Positions 1 through 10,201 of a stretch of DNA of 47,411 nt are shown here, one piece after another. A program made the position numbers and the translations under genes. The stretch's first letter is position 1; every line of letters begins with the position of its first letter. The DNA comes from an uncultured bacterium (GTDB taxonomy: Bacteria > CAYJRR01): contig CAYJRR010000018.1 of NCBI GenBank assembly GCA_964372275.1, positions 1 through 47,411 on the forward strand, written 5' to 3'. The notes beneath the pieces were generated by a model that saw only the letters and a list, made by a program, of their open reading frames with translations, was not told the DNA's origin and did not search any database.

Positions 1-1066
1 CCCGATGTACTTCCTGATCGGGATCTGGGGCGGGAAGTCGGCCGAGCCGCGGCGGACCAAGGAGTACGCGGCGATCAAGTTCTTCCTCTTCACCATGGCC
101 GGCTCGGTGCTGATGCTGCTCGGCATGCTGGCGCTCTACTTCGCGAGCGACCGGTCGTGGGACCTGACGCGCCTGGCGGAGCTGGGGGCGGCGGGCACGT
201 TCACCGGGACGTTCTGGACCTACGTCTGGTGGGGGCTGTTCATCGGCTTCATCGTGAAGGTGCCGTCGGTGCCCCTCCACACCTGGCTCCCCGACGCGCA
301 CGTGCTCGCGCCGACGCCGATCTCGGTGATTCTGGCCGGGGTCCTGCTCAAGATGGGGGGCTACGGCATCCTCCGCGTCTGCCTGCCGGTCTTCCCGCAG
401 ATCAGCCAGGAGATGGCGATCTGGATCGCCGTGCTGGGGGTGGTCTCGATCCTCTACGGCGCGCTGTGCGCGATGGCGCAGGAGGACTTCAAGAAGCTGG
501 TCGCCTACGCCTCGATCTCGTCGATGGGCTACGTGATGCTGGGGACCGCCTCGATGACCGAGGCCGGGATCAACGGCGCGATCTTCCAGATGTTCGCCCA
601 CGGCCTCTACAGCCCGATGCTGTTCCTCCTGGTGGGCGTGATCTACGACCGCGCCCACCACCGCGACCTGAACGCCTTCGGCGGACTCGCGGCGCGGATG
701 CCGATCTACGCCGGCGTCTCCGGGGTGGCGTTCATGACGGCGCTGGGGCTCCCGGGGCTGTGCGTCTTCGTCAGCGAGGCGCTGGTGCTGCTCGGGAGCT
801 TCCGGACCTTCCCCGCGCTCGCCGTCCTCGCGGCGACCGCCGTCGTCTTCACCGCGGCCTACCTTCTCTGGACGATGCAGCGGGTCTTCCTCGGGAAGCC
901 GAATCCGCGATACGAGGGCTACGCCGACCTCTCGGCGCGGGAGAAGTTCACCCTCTACCCGCTCGCGGCCGGGGTGGTGGTGCTGGGCTTCTATCCGATG
1001 CCGATCCTGAACGTGATCGGCGGGTCGGTGCGGAAGCTGGTGGGCCTGTTCGGGGCGGGGATGTAG
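1..1066 (+). CDS. nuoM: NADH-quinone oxidoreductase subunit M (copy 1, 5'-truncated by window edge)
   Basis: Motifs PMYFLIGIWG, KVPSVPLHTWLPDAHVLAPT, LLKMGGYG, KKLVAYASISSMG, LGLPGL; multi-TM protein; frame is open at window start. Confidence 0.93.
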   Translation, partial: PMYFLIGIWGGKSAEPRRTKEYAAIKFFLFTMAGSVLMLLGMLALYFASDRSWDLTRLAELGAAGTFTGTFWTYVWWGLFIGFIVKVPSVPLHTWLPDAHVLAPTPISVILAGVLLKMGGYGILRVCLPVFPQISQEMAIWIAVLGVVSILYGALCAMAQEDFKKLVAYASISSMGYVMLGTASMTEAGINGAIFQMFAHGLYSPMLFLLVGVIYDRAHHRDLNAFGGLAARMPIYAGVSGVAFMTALGLPGLCVFVSEALVLLGSFRTFPALAVLAATAVVFTAAYLLWTMQRVFLGKPNPRYEGYADLSAREKFTLYPLAAGVVVLGFYPMPILNVIGGSVRKLVGLFGAGM

Positions 1067-1069
1067 CCG

Positions 1070-2611
1070 ATGGACGCGACCCTCCTCGTGCAGGGGAACT
1101 GGGAGAGCCTCCCCTACTTCTGGCCGTCGATCTTCGTGGCGCTCGCTGCGGGGTTGGTGCTGGTGCAGGACCTGTTCGAGGACCCCAAGGCGTCGGCGAG
1201 CGGCGCGGCCCCGTTCCTCTCGTTGTTGGGCCTCGGGCTGGCCGGGTTGATGCTGCTTCGCACCCCGCCCGACCAGACGGTCGAGCTGTTCTCGGGGATG
1301 ATCGTCTCCGATCCGTTCTCCTGGTTCTTCCAGGCCTTCTTCCTGGTGGTGGCGGCGATCGCCGTGGCGATGAGCGCCCGGAGCCGGGAGATCCGCGAGA
1401 ACAAGGCGGAGTTCTACGCGATCCTGCTCGTCCTCACGGTCGGGATGATCCTCCTCGCGTCGGCGAACGACCTGCTGATGCTGTACCTCGCCTTGGAGAC
1501 GGTCTCGATCTGCTCCTACATCCTCACCGGCTGGTCGCAGCACAGCCGGAAGAGCTCCGAGGCGTCGCTGAAGTACCTCCTCTACGGCGCGGTCGCCTCG
1601 GGGATCATGCTCTACGGACTGTCGATCCTCTACGGGATGACCGGGGCGACCGGATTCCACGAGGTCGCGGCGCGCCTGGCGGAGTCGACCAGCCCGGCGA
1701 CGGCGACGATCGCGGCGCTGCTGGTCTTCGCCGGCTTCGCCTACAAGATCGCCTCCGTGCCGTTCCACATGTGGGCCCCCGACGTCTACCAGGGGGCGCC
1801 GACGCCGGTGACCGCCTTCCTGACGGTCGGTCCCAAGGCGGCCGGCTTCGCGGCGCTGATCCGCTTCTTCTACGGCGTGCTCGCCACCCCCGGCGCCGCC
1901 GCCGCGGACGGCCAGTCGTGGACGGCGTCGCTCGCGCCGGCGTGGCCGCTCCTGATCGGCTTCCTCTCGATCGCCACCATGACGGTCGGGAACCTCTCCG
2001 CAATGCACCAGACGAGCGTGAAGCGACTGCTCGGCTTCTCCAGCATCGCGCACGCCGGATACCTGCTGATGGGGTTCGTCGTGCTGTCGCAGGCGGGCTT
2101 GCGGTCGGTGCTGTTCTACCTGATCGCCTACTGCGCGATGAACATCGGCGCCTTCCTGGTGACGGCGGCGGTCTCCGACGAGACCGGAAGCGATGAGATC
2201 ACCGCCTTCCGGGGCTTGAGCGTGAGGAGCCCCTTCGCCGCCGTCTCGATGGCGATCTTCCTCTTCTCGCTGGTCGGACTGCCGCCTCTCGCCGGTTTCA
2301 CGGGGAAGCTGCACCTGTTCGCCGGGGTGATCCACCGCGGGCTGGAAACCGGGGGCGGTCTCAACTGGTACTACGTCCTGGCGCTGGCGGGGATTGCGAA
2401 CAGCGTGGTGTCGCTCTTCTATTACATGCGGATCGCAAGGGCGATGTTCCTCGAGCAGGCTTCGGAGGGTGAATCCCTGGCACCGCTGCGCGTCGAGCCG
2501 GTGTTCCTGATGCTGATGGGCTTCCTGGTGCTCCCGACGCTGGCACTGGGCCTGTTCTGGGGAACGACGATGGAGTGGGCCCACCGCTCGATCCAGCTGT
2601 TCACCTCCTGA
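1070..2611 (+). CDS. nuoN: NADH-quinone oxidoreductase subunit N (copy 1)
   Basis: [60 protein letters not shown]. Confidence 0.93.
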   Translation: MDATLLVQGNWESLPYFWPSIFVALAAGLVLVQDLFEDPKASASGAAPFLSLLGLGLAGLMLLRTPPDQTVELFSGMIVSDPFSWFFQAFFLVVAAIAVAMSARSREIRENKAEFYAILLVLTVGMILLASANDLLMLYLALETVSICSYILTGWSQHSRKSSEASLKYLLYGAVASGIMLYGLSILYGMTGATGFHEVAARLAESTSPATATIAALLVFAGFAYKIASVPFHMWAPDVYQGAPTPVTAFLTVGPKAAGFAALIRFFYGVLATPGAAAADGQSWTASLAPAWPLLIGFLSIATMTVGNLSAMHQTSVKRLLGFSSIAHAGYLLMGFVVLSQAGLRSVLFYLIAYCAMNIGAFLVTAAVSDETGSDEITAFRGLSVRSPFAAVSMAIFLFSLVGLPPLAGFTGKLHLFAGVIHRGLETGGGLNWYYVLALAGIANSVVSLFYYMRIARAMFLEQASEGESLAPLRVEPVFLMLMGFLVLPTLALGLFWGTTMEWAHRSIQLFTS

Positions 2612-2979
2612 TGGAACAGTACGGACCGCTCGCGCTGCTCATGGCCGTCGCCGTCGGACTCGGCGGCGTCCTGCTCCTGGTCTCGACCGCGTTCGGACCC
2701 AAGCGTCCGAACCCGATCAAGGCCTCCCCCTACGAGTGCGGCGTCGAGCCGGTGGGGGACGCGCGGGCGAAGGCACCGGTTCGGTACTACCTGGTGGCCC
2801 TGATCTTCGTCATCTTCGACCTGGAGGCGGTCTTCATCTATCCCTGGGCCGTCTCCTTCCGCGGCATGGCCCACGAAGGGTTGGGGCTCTTCGCGTTCCT
2901 GGAGATGCTCGTCTTCCTCGCGGTGCTGGCGGTCGGCTTCGTCTATCTTTGGTCGCGCCGCGCGCTGGAGTGGGAGTGA
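2611..2979 (+). CDS. nuoA: NADH-quinone oxidoreductase subunit A
   Basis: ATG overlaps nuoN stop (TGATG); [28 protein letters not shown]-terminal GALEWE-like RALEWE. Confidence 0.95.
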   Translation: MEQYGPLALLMAVAVGLGGVLLLVSTAFGPKRPNPIKASPYECGVEPVGDARAKAPVRYYLVALIFVIFDLEAVFIYPWAVSFRGMAHEGLGLFAFLEMLVFLAVLAVGFVYLWSRRALEWE

Positions 2980-3680
2980 TGGGATCCGAACGCGACAACC
3001 CGGGTCCCTTCCTCACGACCAAGCTCGCCTCCCTGGTGAACTGGGGGCGCAAGAACTCCCTCTTCCCGCTTCCCTACGGCACCGCGTGTTGCGCCATCGA
3101 GTTCATGGGTGACGTATCGGCGCGCTTCGACATTGCTCGTTTCGGGGCAGAGGTCGTTCGCTTCTCGCCGCGACAGGCCGACCTGCTGCTGGTGCTGGGG
3201 ACGATCAACTACAAGATGGCGTGGGTGCTGAAGCGCATCTACGAGCAGATGCCGGAGCCCAAGTGGGTGATCTCCGTCGGCGCCTGCGCCAGCTCCGGCG
3301 GCTTCTACAACAACTACACCGTGCTCCAGGGGATCGACCAGGTGATCCCGGTCGACGTGTACGTCCCCGGCTGCCCGCCGCGCCCCGAGTCGATCCTCTA
3401 CGCCGTGATCAAGCTGCAGGAGAAGATCGAACAGGAGACCCTGTCCGCGCACGGCAAGCGGGCCAAGGTCCCGTTGCCGGTCTACGCGCACGGCGAATCC
3501 CCCGACCCGATCGGAAAGAGTACGCAGCGCGTGTGGGCGCCGGAGCCTGGACCGGACACCATTTGGCGCAACGAGTTTGGGACGCACGAGCGCGCCTTGA
3601 GAGAGAACAGGGCGGCGGGCCCGCAGCCGGCACCCGAGGGCGACGCCCCGCCGTCGCTGCCCGAGAAACCCGCGCTCTAG
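2979..3680 (+). CDS. nuoB: NADH-quinone oxidoreductase subunit B
   Basis: ATG overlaps nuoA stop; [48 protein letters not shown]; Pro-rich C-terminal extension. Confidence 0.96.
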   Translation: MGSERDNPGPFLTTKLASLVNWGRKNSLFPLPYGTACCAIEFMGDVSARFDIARFGAEVVRFSPRQADLLLVLGTINYKMAWVLKRIYEQMPEPKWVISVGACASSGGFYNNYTVLQGIDQVIPVDVYVPGCPPRPESILYAVIKLQEKIEQETLSAHGKRAKVPLPVYAHGESPDPIGKSTQRVWAPEPGPDTIWRNEFGTHERALRENRAAGPQPAPEGDAPPSLPEKPAL

Positions 3681-3726
3681 CGCCAACTGGATTCGGCGCA
3701 GATTCGGGAATGACGATACGCCCGTG

Positions 3727-4230
3727 ATTGAACACGGAGGACACCGAGGTCACGGAGAACTGCGAGTGAGTCCGTGTCGCGGGAACTTCGTGGCAGCGAA
3801 ACCAAGCCCGTCGACATTCCCGGCATCTTCGGCGGTCATGGGTGACACGGCTCGGCGGCGCGGAACGCCGCCTCGCACCCACCCCGCGCGGAGAGAGGGT
3901 CCGAGGCGGTCGGAGTCCACGGAAAGGCCACCGAGGACCGTCGACACTCCCAGCACCGAGGCCTCCGTGTTCTCTTCCGTGATCTCACTTCACCTCGGAC
4001 GTTTTCCTCGGATGCGAATCGAGTGCGAGGCGCNNNNNNNNNNTACACCACAACAACCGCGCCCCCATTTTACTCTTCCTTAATCCCCAACACCCTCGAA
4101 CTTTTCCCTCCTCCGCTATTCTTTTCAGTCGCGCTGTTAAAAGCGCGCCTCGCCGCACCGTACGTGAGAAGACGTGCCTTTCGACGACGTCCTCCCCCAA
4201 CTCCGAGTTCTCCGTGTCTCCGAGTTGAAT
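3727..4230. repeat. Element bounded by imperfect inverted 9-bp-period repeats (CACGGAG-type), spanning the assembly gap
   Basis: 3727-3760 attgaacacggaggacaccgaggtcacggagaac resembles the reverse complement of 4199-4230 (attcaactcggagacacggagaactcggagtt); internal hairpin at 3918-3981 uses the same unit. Confidence 0.6.
4034..4043. other. Assembly gap (10 N)
   Basis: Run of N; the following ~120 bp is atypically pyrimidine/AT-rich and may be low quality. Confidence 0.99.
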
Positions 4231-4246
4231 TCCGGCTGTTCGTCCC

Positions 4247-5656
4247 TCAAAAGCGAACGCTGGTGGTGAGGGAAAAGCGCATCGACCTCGCCCGGTAGAC
4301 GCCGTTGCCCGTCGGGTAGGCGAAGCCCGAATCGACCGGCGCGTCGCTGCGAAAGCGGCTCGATTCGATGCGGCGGTCGCGGGGAAAGTACTGGATCATC
4401 GACAAACCGAACGTCGCGGGCCACGCCTCCGGCGCCCAGGTCGCTCCGGCGGTGAGGATCCAGGCGTCGAAGTCCATGTTGCCGACGTTCATGTAGGCGT
4501 CGGGGACGGTGTTGCGGGTGAAGCCGACCTCGCCGCGCGGGCGGAGGCGGCCGTTCGCGAGCGCGCCCCCCAGCACCACCGTCCAGCCGTCGTGGTATCC
4601 GCGCAGGCTGGTCTGGTCCTTGTCGAGCAGTTCGACCAGGCTCGATTCGTTGATCTCCAGCGCGTCGAGGAGAGCCTCCAGGTCCTCCTGCGTGGCGCGG
4701 ATCCGCGATCCCGCGACCTTCGAGCGGGTCACCGAGTTGGTCGACCAGCCGATCCATCCGGCCTCCAGCGATAGCTCGACCGCGTCGTCCGGTCGCCAGC
4801 GCGCGCCGGCGTGGGCCACCGGCGGGAGGTACTGGAGATAGGTGAAGCCGGCGTCGCTCACGACGTTGAAGTCGAGCGACGGCGTGAAACGCGAGCGGCC
4901 CCGTTGCTCGACGAAGGTCCCGGCGGTGTACGACGCGCCGAAGCGCCAACGGGGACCGGGCTCGTAGAGGAAGCCGGCCGTCACGGTCGGCGCGATCCCG
5001 TTCGGGTCGTCGATGCGGAACTCCCCCTCCAGGAGCCCGGTCTCGGGGGCGCGCGGCGGGTCCTGCGGGTCGAGCTCGTTCAAATTGGGGGCGATGTCGG
5101 TGCGCAAGCGCGCCGAGAGAAGCGCCACCGCCAGCACCGGTCCGGCCCCCAGACGGAGGTTCGGACCGGCGCGGAGGGCGACGACCGGCGCAACGTAGAC
5201 CGCGTAGCTGGTGGCGCGGATCATGTGGTAGCGGCCGGGTCCGTCCGCCGAGAACTCCACGCCGCTCCCGTAGGGGACCGAGACCGACGCCCCGAGCCCC
5301 CAACGCGCCGGCTCGGTCGCTCCGGCCGCGCGCCGCCGGAGTTCGGTCCGCACGGCGAAGAATGGGACCCGCGCCGTCATGAACCGCTCCTCCGGGTCGA
5401 ACGTGCGGTCGGGATCGCTCACCGGATCGGTGCCGTCGTAGGGGGCGCGGCGGTATTCGATCCACGCCAGGCGCTGCTGCAGCTCGACGGCGATCTCCGT
5501 GCCGTCGGCGCCGACCGCCAGCGCCGGATTGGCGGCCAGGCTCATCGCCCGGGAATCGGCGGCGCCGACGCCGAGCGTCCCGGCCTCGGCAGTCGCCGCC
5601 GAGGCCGCGATGAGACCGCCGGCCACCAGCGCGCGCGGAATCGCGGTCACCGGCAC
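4247..5656 (-). CDS. OmpP1/FadL-like outer-membrane beta-barrel transporter (paralog 2)
   Basis: Signal peptide, N-terminal NPA hatch motif, PYG motif, amphipathic strands, C-terminal Phe (TTSVRF). Confidence 0.75.
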   Translation of the reverse strand: MPVTAIPRALVAGGLIAASAATAEAGTLGVGAADSRAMSLAANPALAVGADGTEIAVELQQRLAWIEYRRAPYDGTDPVSDPDRTFDPEERFMTARVPFFAVRTELRRRAAGATEPARWGLGASVSVPYGSGVEFSADGPGRYHMIRATSYAVYVAPVVALRAGPNLRLGAGPVLAVALLSARLRTDIAPNLNELDPQDPPRAPETGLLEGEFRIDDPNGIAPTVTAGFLYEPGPRWRFGASYTAGTFVEQRGRSRFTPSLDFNVVSDAGFTYLQYLPPVAHAGARWRPDDAVELSLEAGWIGWSTNSVTRSKVAGSRIRATQEDLEALLDALEINESSLVELLDKDQTSLRGYHDGWTVVLGGALANGRLRPRGEVGFTRNTVPDAYMNVGNMDFDAWILTAGATWAPEAWPATFGLSMIQYFPRDRRIESSRFRSDAPVDSGFAYPTGNGVYRARSMRFSLTTSVRF

Positions 5657-5658
5657 CC

Positions 5659-7068
5659 CTAGAAGACGACGCCGGTCGTGAGGGCGATCCGCATCGACTT
5701 CGCGCGGTACGTGCCGTTGCCCGACGGCAGCGCGAAGCCGGAATCAGGCGAGGCATCGCTGCGGAATCGGCTGTTGTCGATCACGCGGTCCTGCGGGAAG
5801 TACTGGATCCACGACAGACCGACCCGGTAGGGGAGATTCCGCGGTTCCCAGGCGGTCCCGACGGTGAAGATCCAGGAGTTGAAATCGAAGTTGCCGGCGT
5901 TGACGTAGGGATCGGGGACCGCTCCCCGGGAGAAGCCGAACTCGCCGCGGGTGCGGAACGATCCGTGGTGGACGTCGGCGCCGGCGACCAGGTTCCAGCC
6001 GTCGTGGTAGCCGCGTTGCGAGACCTGGTCCCGGTCGAGGATCCCCTCCACCAGATCGCCTTCGTTGATCTCGAGCGTCTGCAGGAGCGCTTCGAGGTCC
6101 TCCTGGGAGGCGTGAAGCTCGGAGTTCTGGATCTTGCTGCGGGGGGTGGCGTTGGTCGACCACCCCGCCCAGTAGCCCTCCAGCGACAGCTCCACCTCGG
6201 GCGTCACCCGGTAGCGCGCCCCGGCGTTGGCGATCGGGGGGAGGTACTGGGTGTAGGTGAAGTCGGCGGTGCTGTAGACGTTGAAGTCGAGCGAGGGGGT
6301 GAACCGGGACCGGCCGTGCTGCTCGATGCGTGTCCCCGCGACGTAGGAGGCGCCGACGCGGAACCGGTCGTTCACGTCGTAGAGGAAGCCGGCGGCAACC
6401 GTCGGGGCGTATCCGGTGGCGTCCTTCATCTCGAACTCCCCTTCCAGGAGCGCGGTCTCGGGGCCGTAGGGCGGATCGCCGGGGGAGATCTCGTTCAGGT
6501 TGGGGGCCAGGTCCTTCCGAAGTCGTATTGCCAGCTTTCCGATCGCCAGCACCGGCCCGGCGCCGAGCGTGAGCCGTTGGCCCGCGCGAACCGCGACCAC
6601 CGGATTGACGTACATCGCGTAGCTCCGCGCGTCGATCATGTGGTAGCGGCCGGCGCTGTCGTCCGCGAGGTGCACGCCGCTCGAGGTCGGAACCGATACC
6701 GAGAGACCGACGCCGAAGCGGGCCGGCTCGCGCTCCGGCCCGCCGCGGAGGCGCAGGTCGGAGCGGACGGCGAAGTAGGGGTAGTAGGGGAAGAACTCAC
6801 GGTTCTCGCGATCGAACGTCCGATCGGGATCGTTCTCGGGGTCGGTGCCGCGGTACGGAGCGCGCTGGTACTCGAACCAGACCAGGCCCTGGAGGTACTC
6901 GGCCGAGATCTCGGTTCCATCGCTGCCGACCGCCGCCGCCGGATTGGCCGCGAGGCTGCGGGCATTCCCGGTGGCCGCACCGACGCCGGTCACACCGGCG
7001 CGGACGGGGGCGGGGGAAAGGGCAAGGGAAACGAGGAGGAGCAGGAGGAGGAAAGGATGGGTGCGCAC
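5659..7068 (-). CDS. OmpP1/FadL-like outer-membrane beta-barrel transporter (paralog 1)
   Basis: Signal peptide, SLAANPAA, C-terminal Phe (TTGVVF); colinear with 4247-5656. Confidence 0.75.
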   Translation of the reverse strand: MRTHPFLLLLLLVSLALSPAPVRAGVTGVGAATGNARSLAANPAAAVGSDGTEISAEYLQGLVWFEYQRAPYRGTDPENDPDRTFDRENREFFPYYPYFAVRSDLRLRGGPEREPARFGVGLSVSVPTSSGVHLADDSAGRYHMIDARSYAMYVNPVVAVRAGQRLTLGAGPVLAIGKLAIRLRKDLAPNLNEISPGDPPYGPETALLEGEFEMKDATGYAPTVAAGFLYDVNDRFRVGASYVAGTRIEQHGRSRFTPSLDFNVYSTADFTYTQYLPPIANAGARYRVTPEVELSLEGYWAGWSTNATPRSKIQNSELHASQEDLEALLQTLEINEGDLVEGILDRDQVSQRGYHDGWNLVAGADVHHGSFRTRGEFGFSRGAVPDPYVNAGNFDFNSWIFTVGTAWEPRNLPYRVGLSWIQYFPQDRVIDNSRFRSDASPDSGFALPSGNGTYRAKSMRIALTTGVVF

Positions 7069-7148
7069 GACGGAAGAGTACCACCGCTTTGCCGGCGTTG
7101 ATCTCCCGGTCCGACCCGATATCCTTGGGGCCCGTCGAGGGACTCCCC

Positions 7149-8879
7149 ATGACCGCCAGGACCGAAATGCTCGAACTCGTGAAGACGAAACTCGGCGACA
7201 AGATCAAGGACTCGCACGAGCGGTTCGGCGACGCGACGGTGGTCGTGGAGGCGGCCGACCTTCGCGCGGTCCTCGAGGCGTTGAAGAGCGATCCAAAGCT
7301 CCGCCTCGACTGGCTGATCGACGTCACCGGGGTCGACTACCAGGAGATCGCCAAGCTCGATGCCTCGTACGGCGCCCTTCCCCGGACCCGCTTCGAGGCC
7401 GTCTACCACCTCTACTCCTTCGACACGAACCGGCGCCTGCGCGTCCGCGCCCGACTCGACGACGCCGATCCAGAAGTCGCGTCGGTCGCCGACCTTTGGG
7501 CGGTGGCCGATCCGATGGAGCGCGAAGCGTGGGACATGTTCGGGATCCGCTTCGTCGGGCACCCGAACCTCCGGCGGATCTTCATGCACGAGCGGTTCGA
7601 CGGGCACCCGCTGCGGAAGGACTACCCGATCGACAAGCGGCCCGGCATCTGGGCGCCCGTCGATCTCCTCGGCTACACCCCCGAGGACCTGGAGGAGCTG
7701 GGTCGCGAGGCCGACGGCAATCCGCTGGTGATCAACCTCGGTCCCAGCCATCCGGCGATGCACGGCGTCTACCGGGTGGAGGCGCTCGTCCACCACGAGA
7801 CGATCCTGCGCGCGGAAGGGGAGACCGGATACCTGCACCGCGGCTTCGAGAAGTCGTGCGAGAAGGGCCCCTGGAACGATCCGATCCCCTACGCCGACCG
7901 GCTGAACTACGTCTCGGCGCTGATGAACAACGTCGGCTACTGCATGGCCGTCGAGAAGCTGATGGGGATCGAGATCACCGAACGCTGCAAGTTCGTGCGG
8001 GTGATCGTCTGCGAGCTCAACCGCATCATGGACCACCTGGTGAACGTCGGGACCAACCTGGTCGACATCGGCGCGCTCACCAACTTTTGGTACTTCTTCA
8101 ACGTCCGCGAGAAGATCTACCTGCTGATCGAGAAGCTGACGGGCGCGCGCCTGACCAACTCGTGGGGCCGGGTCGGAGGGGCGATCCGAGACCTCACCCC
8201 GGAATGGATCGACGAGCTCCTCGCCCTGCTCGACGACGTGCAGAAGGCGGTCGAGGACGTGATGGGTCTGGTGCGGCGGAACCGGATCTTCTACGACCGG
8301 ACGGTCGGCATCGGGCGATGGTCGCGGTCGCAGGCGATCTCCTGGGGCTGGACCGGCCCGTGCCTGCGCGCCAGCGGCGTCCCCTACGACCTCCGCAAGA
8401 CGGCCCCCTACTACCACTACGACGAGTTCGATTTCGACGTGGCGGTGGGGGAGAACGGCGATGCCTACGACCGGATCATGGTGCGCGTCGAAGAGATGCA
8501 CCAAAGCGCCCGCATCGTCCGCCAGGCGGTGAAGAGGCTCCCCGGCGGTCCGATCAGCGTCCCCGACAAGCGTCTGACGCTTCCGCCGAAGAAGCAGGTC
8601 TACACGTCGATGGAAGCGCTCATCAACCACTTCATGCTGGTCTTCGAAGGGATGCGCCCCGACCCCGGCGAGGTCTACAGCTACACCGAGGCGGCGAACG
8701 GCGAGCTGGGTTTCTACGTCGTCTCCGACGGCAGCCCGCATCCCTACCGGGTGCACGCGCGGGGCCCGTGCTTCCCGATGTGGTGCAGCTTCCCGAAGAT
8801 GATCGAAGGGCTGATGGTGCCGGATGCGGTGGCGGTGTTCGGAGGCTTGAACATCATCGCCGGGGAATGCGAACGCTGA
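7149..8879 (+). CDS. nuoCD: Fused NADH-quinone oxidoreductase subunit C/D
   Basis: NuoC part (DVTGVDY, EREAWDMFGI, GHPLRKDYP) fused to NuoD part (NLGPSHPAMHG, GYLHRGFEK, DRLNY, EAANGELG, IIAGECER); SD-like GAGGG before ATG 7149. Confidence 0.95.
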   Translation: MTARTEMLELVKTKLGDKIKDSHERFGDATVVVEAADLRAVLEALKSDPKLRLDWLIDVTGVDYQEIAKLDASYGALPRTRFEAVYHLYSFDTNRRLRVRARLDDADPEVASVADLWAVADPMEREAWDMFGIRFVGHPNLRRIFMHERFDGHPLRKDYPIDKRPGIWAPVDLLGYTPEDLEELGREADGNPLVINLGPSHPAMHGVYRVEALVHHETILRAEGETGYLHRGFEKSCEKGPWNDPIPYADRLNYVSALMNNVGYCMAVEKLMGIEITERCKFVRVIVCELNRIMDHLVNVGTNLVDIGALTNFWYFFNVREKIYLLIEKLTGARLTNSWGRVGGAIRDLTPEWIDELLALLDDVQKAVEDVMGLVRRNRIFYDRTVGIGRWSRSQAISWGWTGPCLRASGVPYDLRKTAPYYHYDEFDFDVAVGENGDAYDRIMVRVEEMHQSARIVRQAVKRLPGGPISVPDKRLTLPPKKQVYTSMEALINHFMLVFEGMRPDPGEVYSYTEAANGELGFYVVSDGSPHPYRVHARGPCFPMWCSFPKMIEGLMVPDAVAVFGGLNIIAGECER

Positions 8880-8891
8880 GACAGCGCGGCC

Positions 8892-9011
8892 GGAAGAAAA
8901 TCCAATTGAAAATGGGAAATTGGAAATTGAAAACCGACAATCACGCCCGGACGATTCCGGACATTGTCGGTTTTCCATTTCCAATTTCCAATTTTCAATT
9001 GTCGTTTTTCC
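8892..9011. repeat. ~50-bp imperfect inverted repeat built from AAATTGG/AAATTGA heptamers
   Basis: ggaagaaaatccaattgaaaatgggaaattggaaattgaaaaccgacaat ... attgtcggttttccatttccaatttccaattttcaattgtcgtttttcc; AT-rich island in GC-rich DNA. Confidence 0.85.
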
Positions 9012-9075
9012 GTAGAGCGCTACTCGTCTGCGGAGCCAGGTCCTCCGCCCTTCCCTCCTCGCCCATTCCCGCCTC

Positions 9076-9975
9076 ATGAGAATCCTCGACCGCGTCCTCG
9101 CCGCCGCCGAAGGTCGGAAGCCGCCCTGCTTCAGCTTCGAGTTCTTCCCGCCAAGGACGCCGGAGGGGGAGGCGAACCTCTTCGAGGCGATCGCCGACTT
9201 GACGGCGCTCGCGCCCGGGTTCGTCTCGGTCACCTACGGCGCCGGCGGCTCCACCCGGGAGAAGACGGTCGACCTGGTGACCCGCATCAAGCGGGACGTC
9301 GGGATCGAGGCGATGGCCCACTTCACCTGCGTCGGCCACGCGCGCGAGGAGATCCGGGACACGCTTCGGCGGCTGGCCGATGCCGGGGTGGAGAACGTGA
9401 TCGCGCTGCGAGGCGATCCTCCGAAGGGGCAGTCGGCGTTCGTCCGACCCGCCGGAGGCTTCGCCAACGCCAACGAGCTGGTCGGCTTCATCCGCCAGGA
9501 GCGCCTGCCGTTCTGCGTCGCCGCGGCCGCCTACCCCGAAGGGCACATCGAGTGCGTCGACCGCGACGCCGACCTCCGCAACCTGAAGCGAAAGGTCGAT
9601 GCCGGCGTCGACCTGCTCATCACCCAGCTCTTCTTCGACAACGCCTTCTACTTCGACTTCGTGGAGCGCGCGCGCAAGGCCGGGATCGGCGTCCCGATCG
9701 TCCCGGGGATCATGCCGATCACCAACGTGGTGCAGATCGAGCGCTTCACCCGGATGTGCGGCGCGACGATCCCGATGCGCCTGCAGCTCCGGCTGGAGAC
9801 GTTGCGCGACGACCCGGCCGGGGCGATGGACCTGGGCGTGACGCACGCCATCGCGCAGTGCGCCGAGCTGCTCGCCCGCGGCGCCCCCGGGATCCACTTT
9901 TACACCTTGAACCGGTCTCCTGCCACGCGACGGGTCGTCTCCGCGCTCGGATCCGCTCCCTCCGCCAGCCCCTGA
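9076..9975 (+). CDS. metF: 5,10-methylenetetrahydrofolate reductase
   Basis: FSFEFFPP, FVSVTYGAGGS, AHFTC, ALRGDPP, YPEGH, ITQLFFD, PGIMP, GIHFYTLN. Confidence 0.96.
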   Translation: MRILDRVLAAAEGRKPPCFSFEFFPPRTPEGEANLFEAIADLTALAPGFVSVTYGAGGSTREKTVDLVTRIKRDVGIEAMAHFTCVGHAREEIRDTLRRLADAGVENVIALRGDPPKGQSAFVRPAGGFANANELVGFIRQERLPFCVAAAAYPEGHIECVDRDADLRNLKRKVDAGVDLLITQLFFDNAFYFDFVERARKAGIGVPIVPGIMPITNVVQIERFTRMCGATIPMRLQLRLETLRDDPAGAMDLGVTHAIAQCAELLARGAPGIHFYTLNRSPATRRVVSALGSAPSASP

Positions 9976-10134
9976 TCGCGTTCCGGGCCCAGCCGGCGGA
10001 CCCTTCCGGACGGCGAGGGACAGCCCGTATCCGGACGGACAGAATCCGGTGTCGGGTATCGTTTCGAGTAAGAACGTTTCCCGGCGACGCCGCCGAGACA
10101 TCCCGATTCGCTGCGATTCCCGGCGGGTCGGTGA

Positions 10135-10150
10135 TGGCACCGTCGTTGCT
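10135..10150 (+). promoter_or_regulatory. sigma54 (-24/-12) promoter
   Basis: TGGCACCGTCGTTGCT is near-consensus TGGCAC-N5-TTGCW, 51 bp before ATG 10202. Confidence 0.75.
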
Positions 10151-10201
10151 CCACCGTTGTGTCCGCCCGGTCACGCCGGCCGGCGGGTGGGGAACACCGA
10201 C

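Noticed and set aside
157..2196. Long alternative-frame ORFs (also 6845-9079, 17722-19977, 28465-30069, 35614-38430)
   Set aside because: Arg/Gly/Pro-rich shadow frames over well-supported genes, expected in high-GC DNA
1..2611. '2M' complex I with tandem nuoM
   Set aside because: The two nuoM genes are in separate blocks, each with its own nuoN, and upstream context is outside the window
3724..4298. Short ORFs crossing the N gap, and the AT shift as a sign of horizontal transfer
   Set aside because: They translate repeats and probably low-quality contig-end sequence
8892..9011. CRISPR array
   Set aside because: Inverted heptamer repeats with no repeat-spacer periodicity and no cas genes in the window
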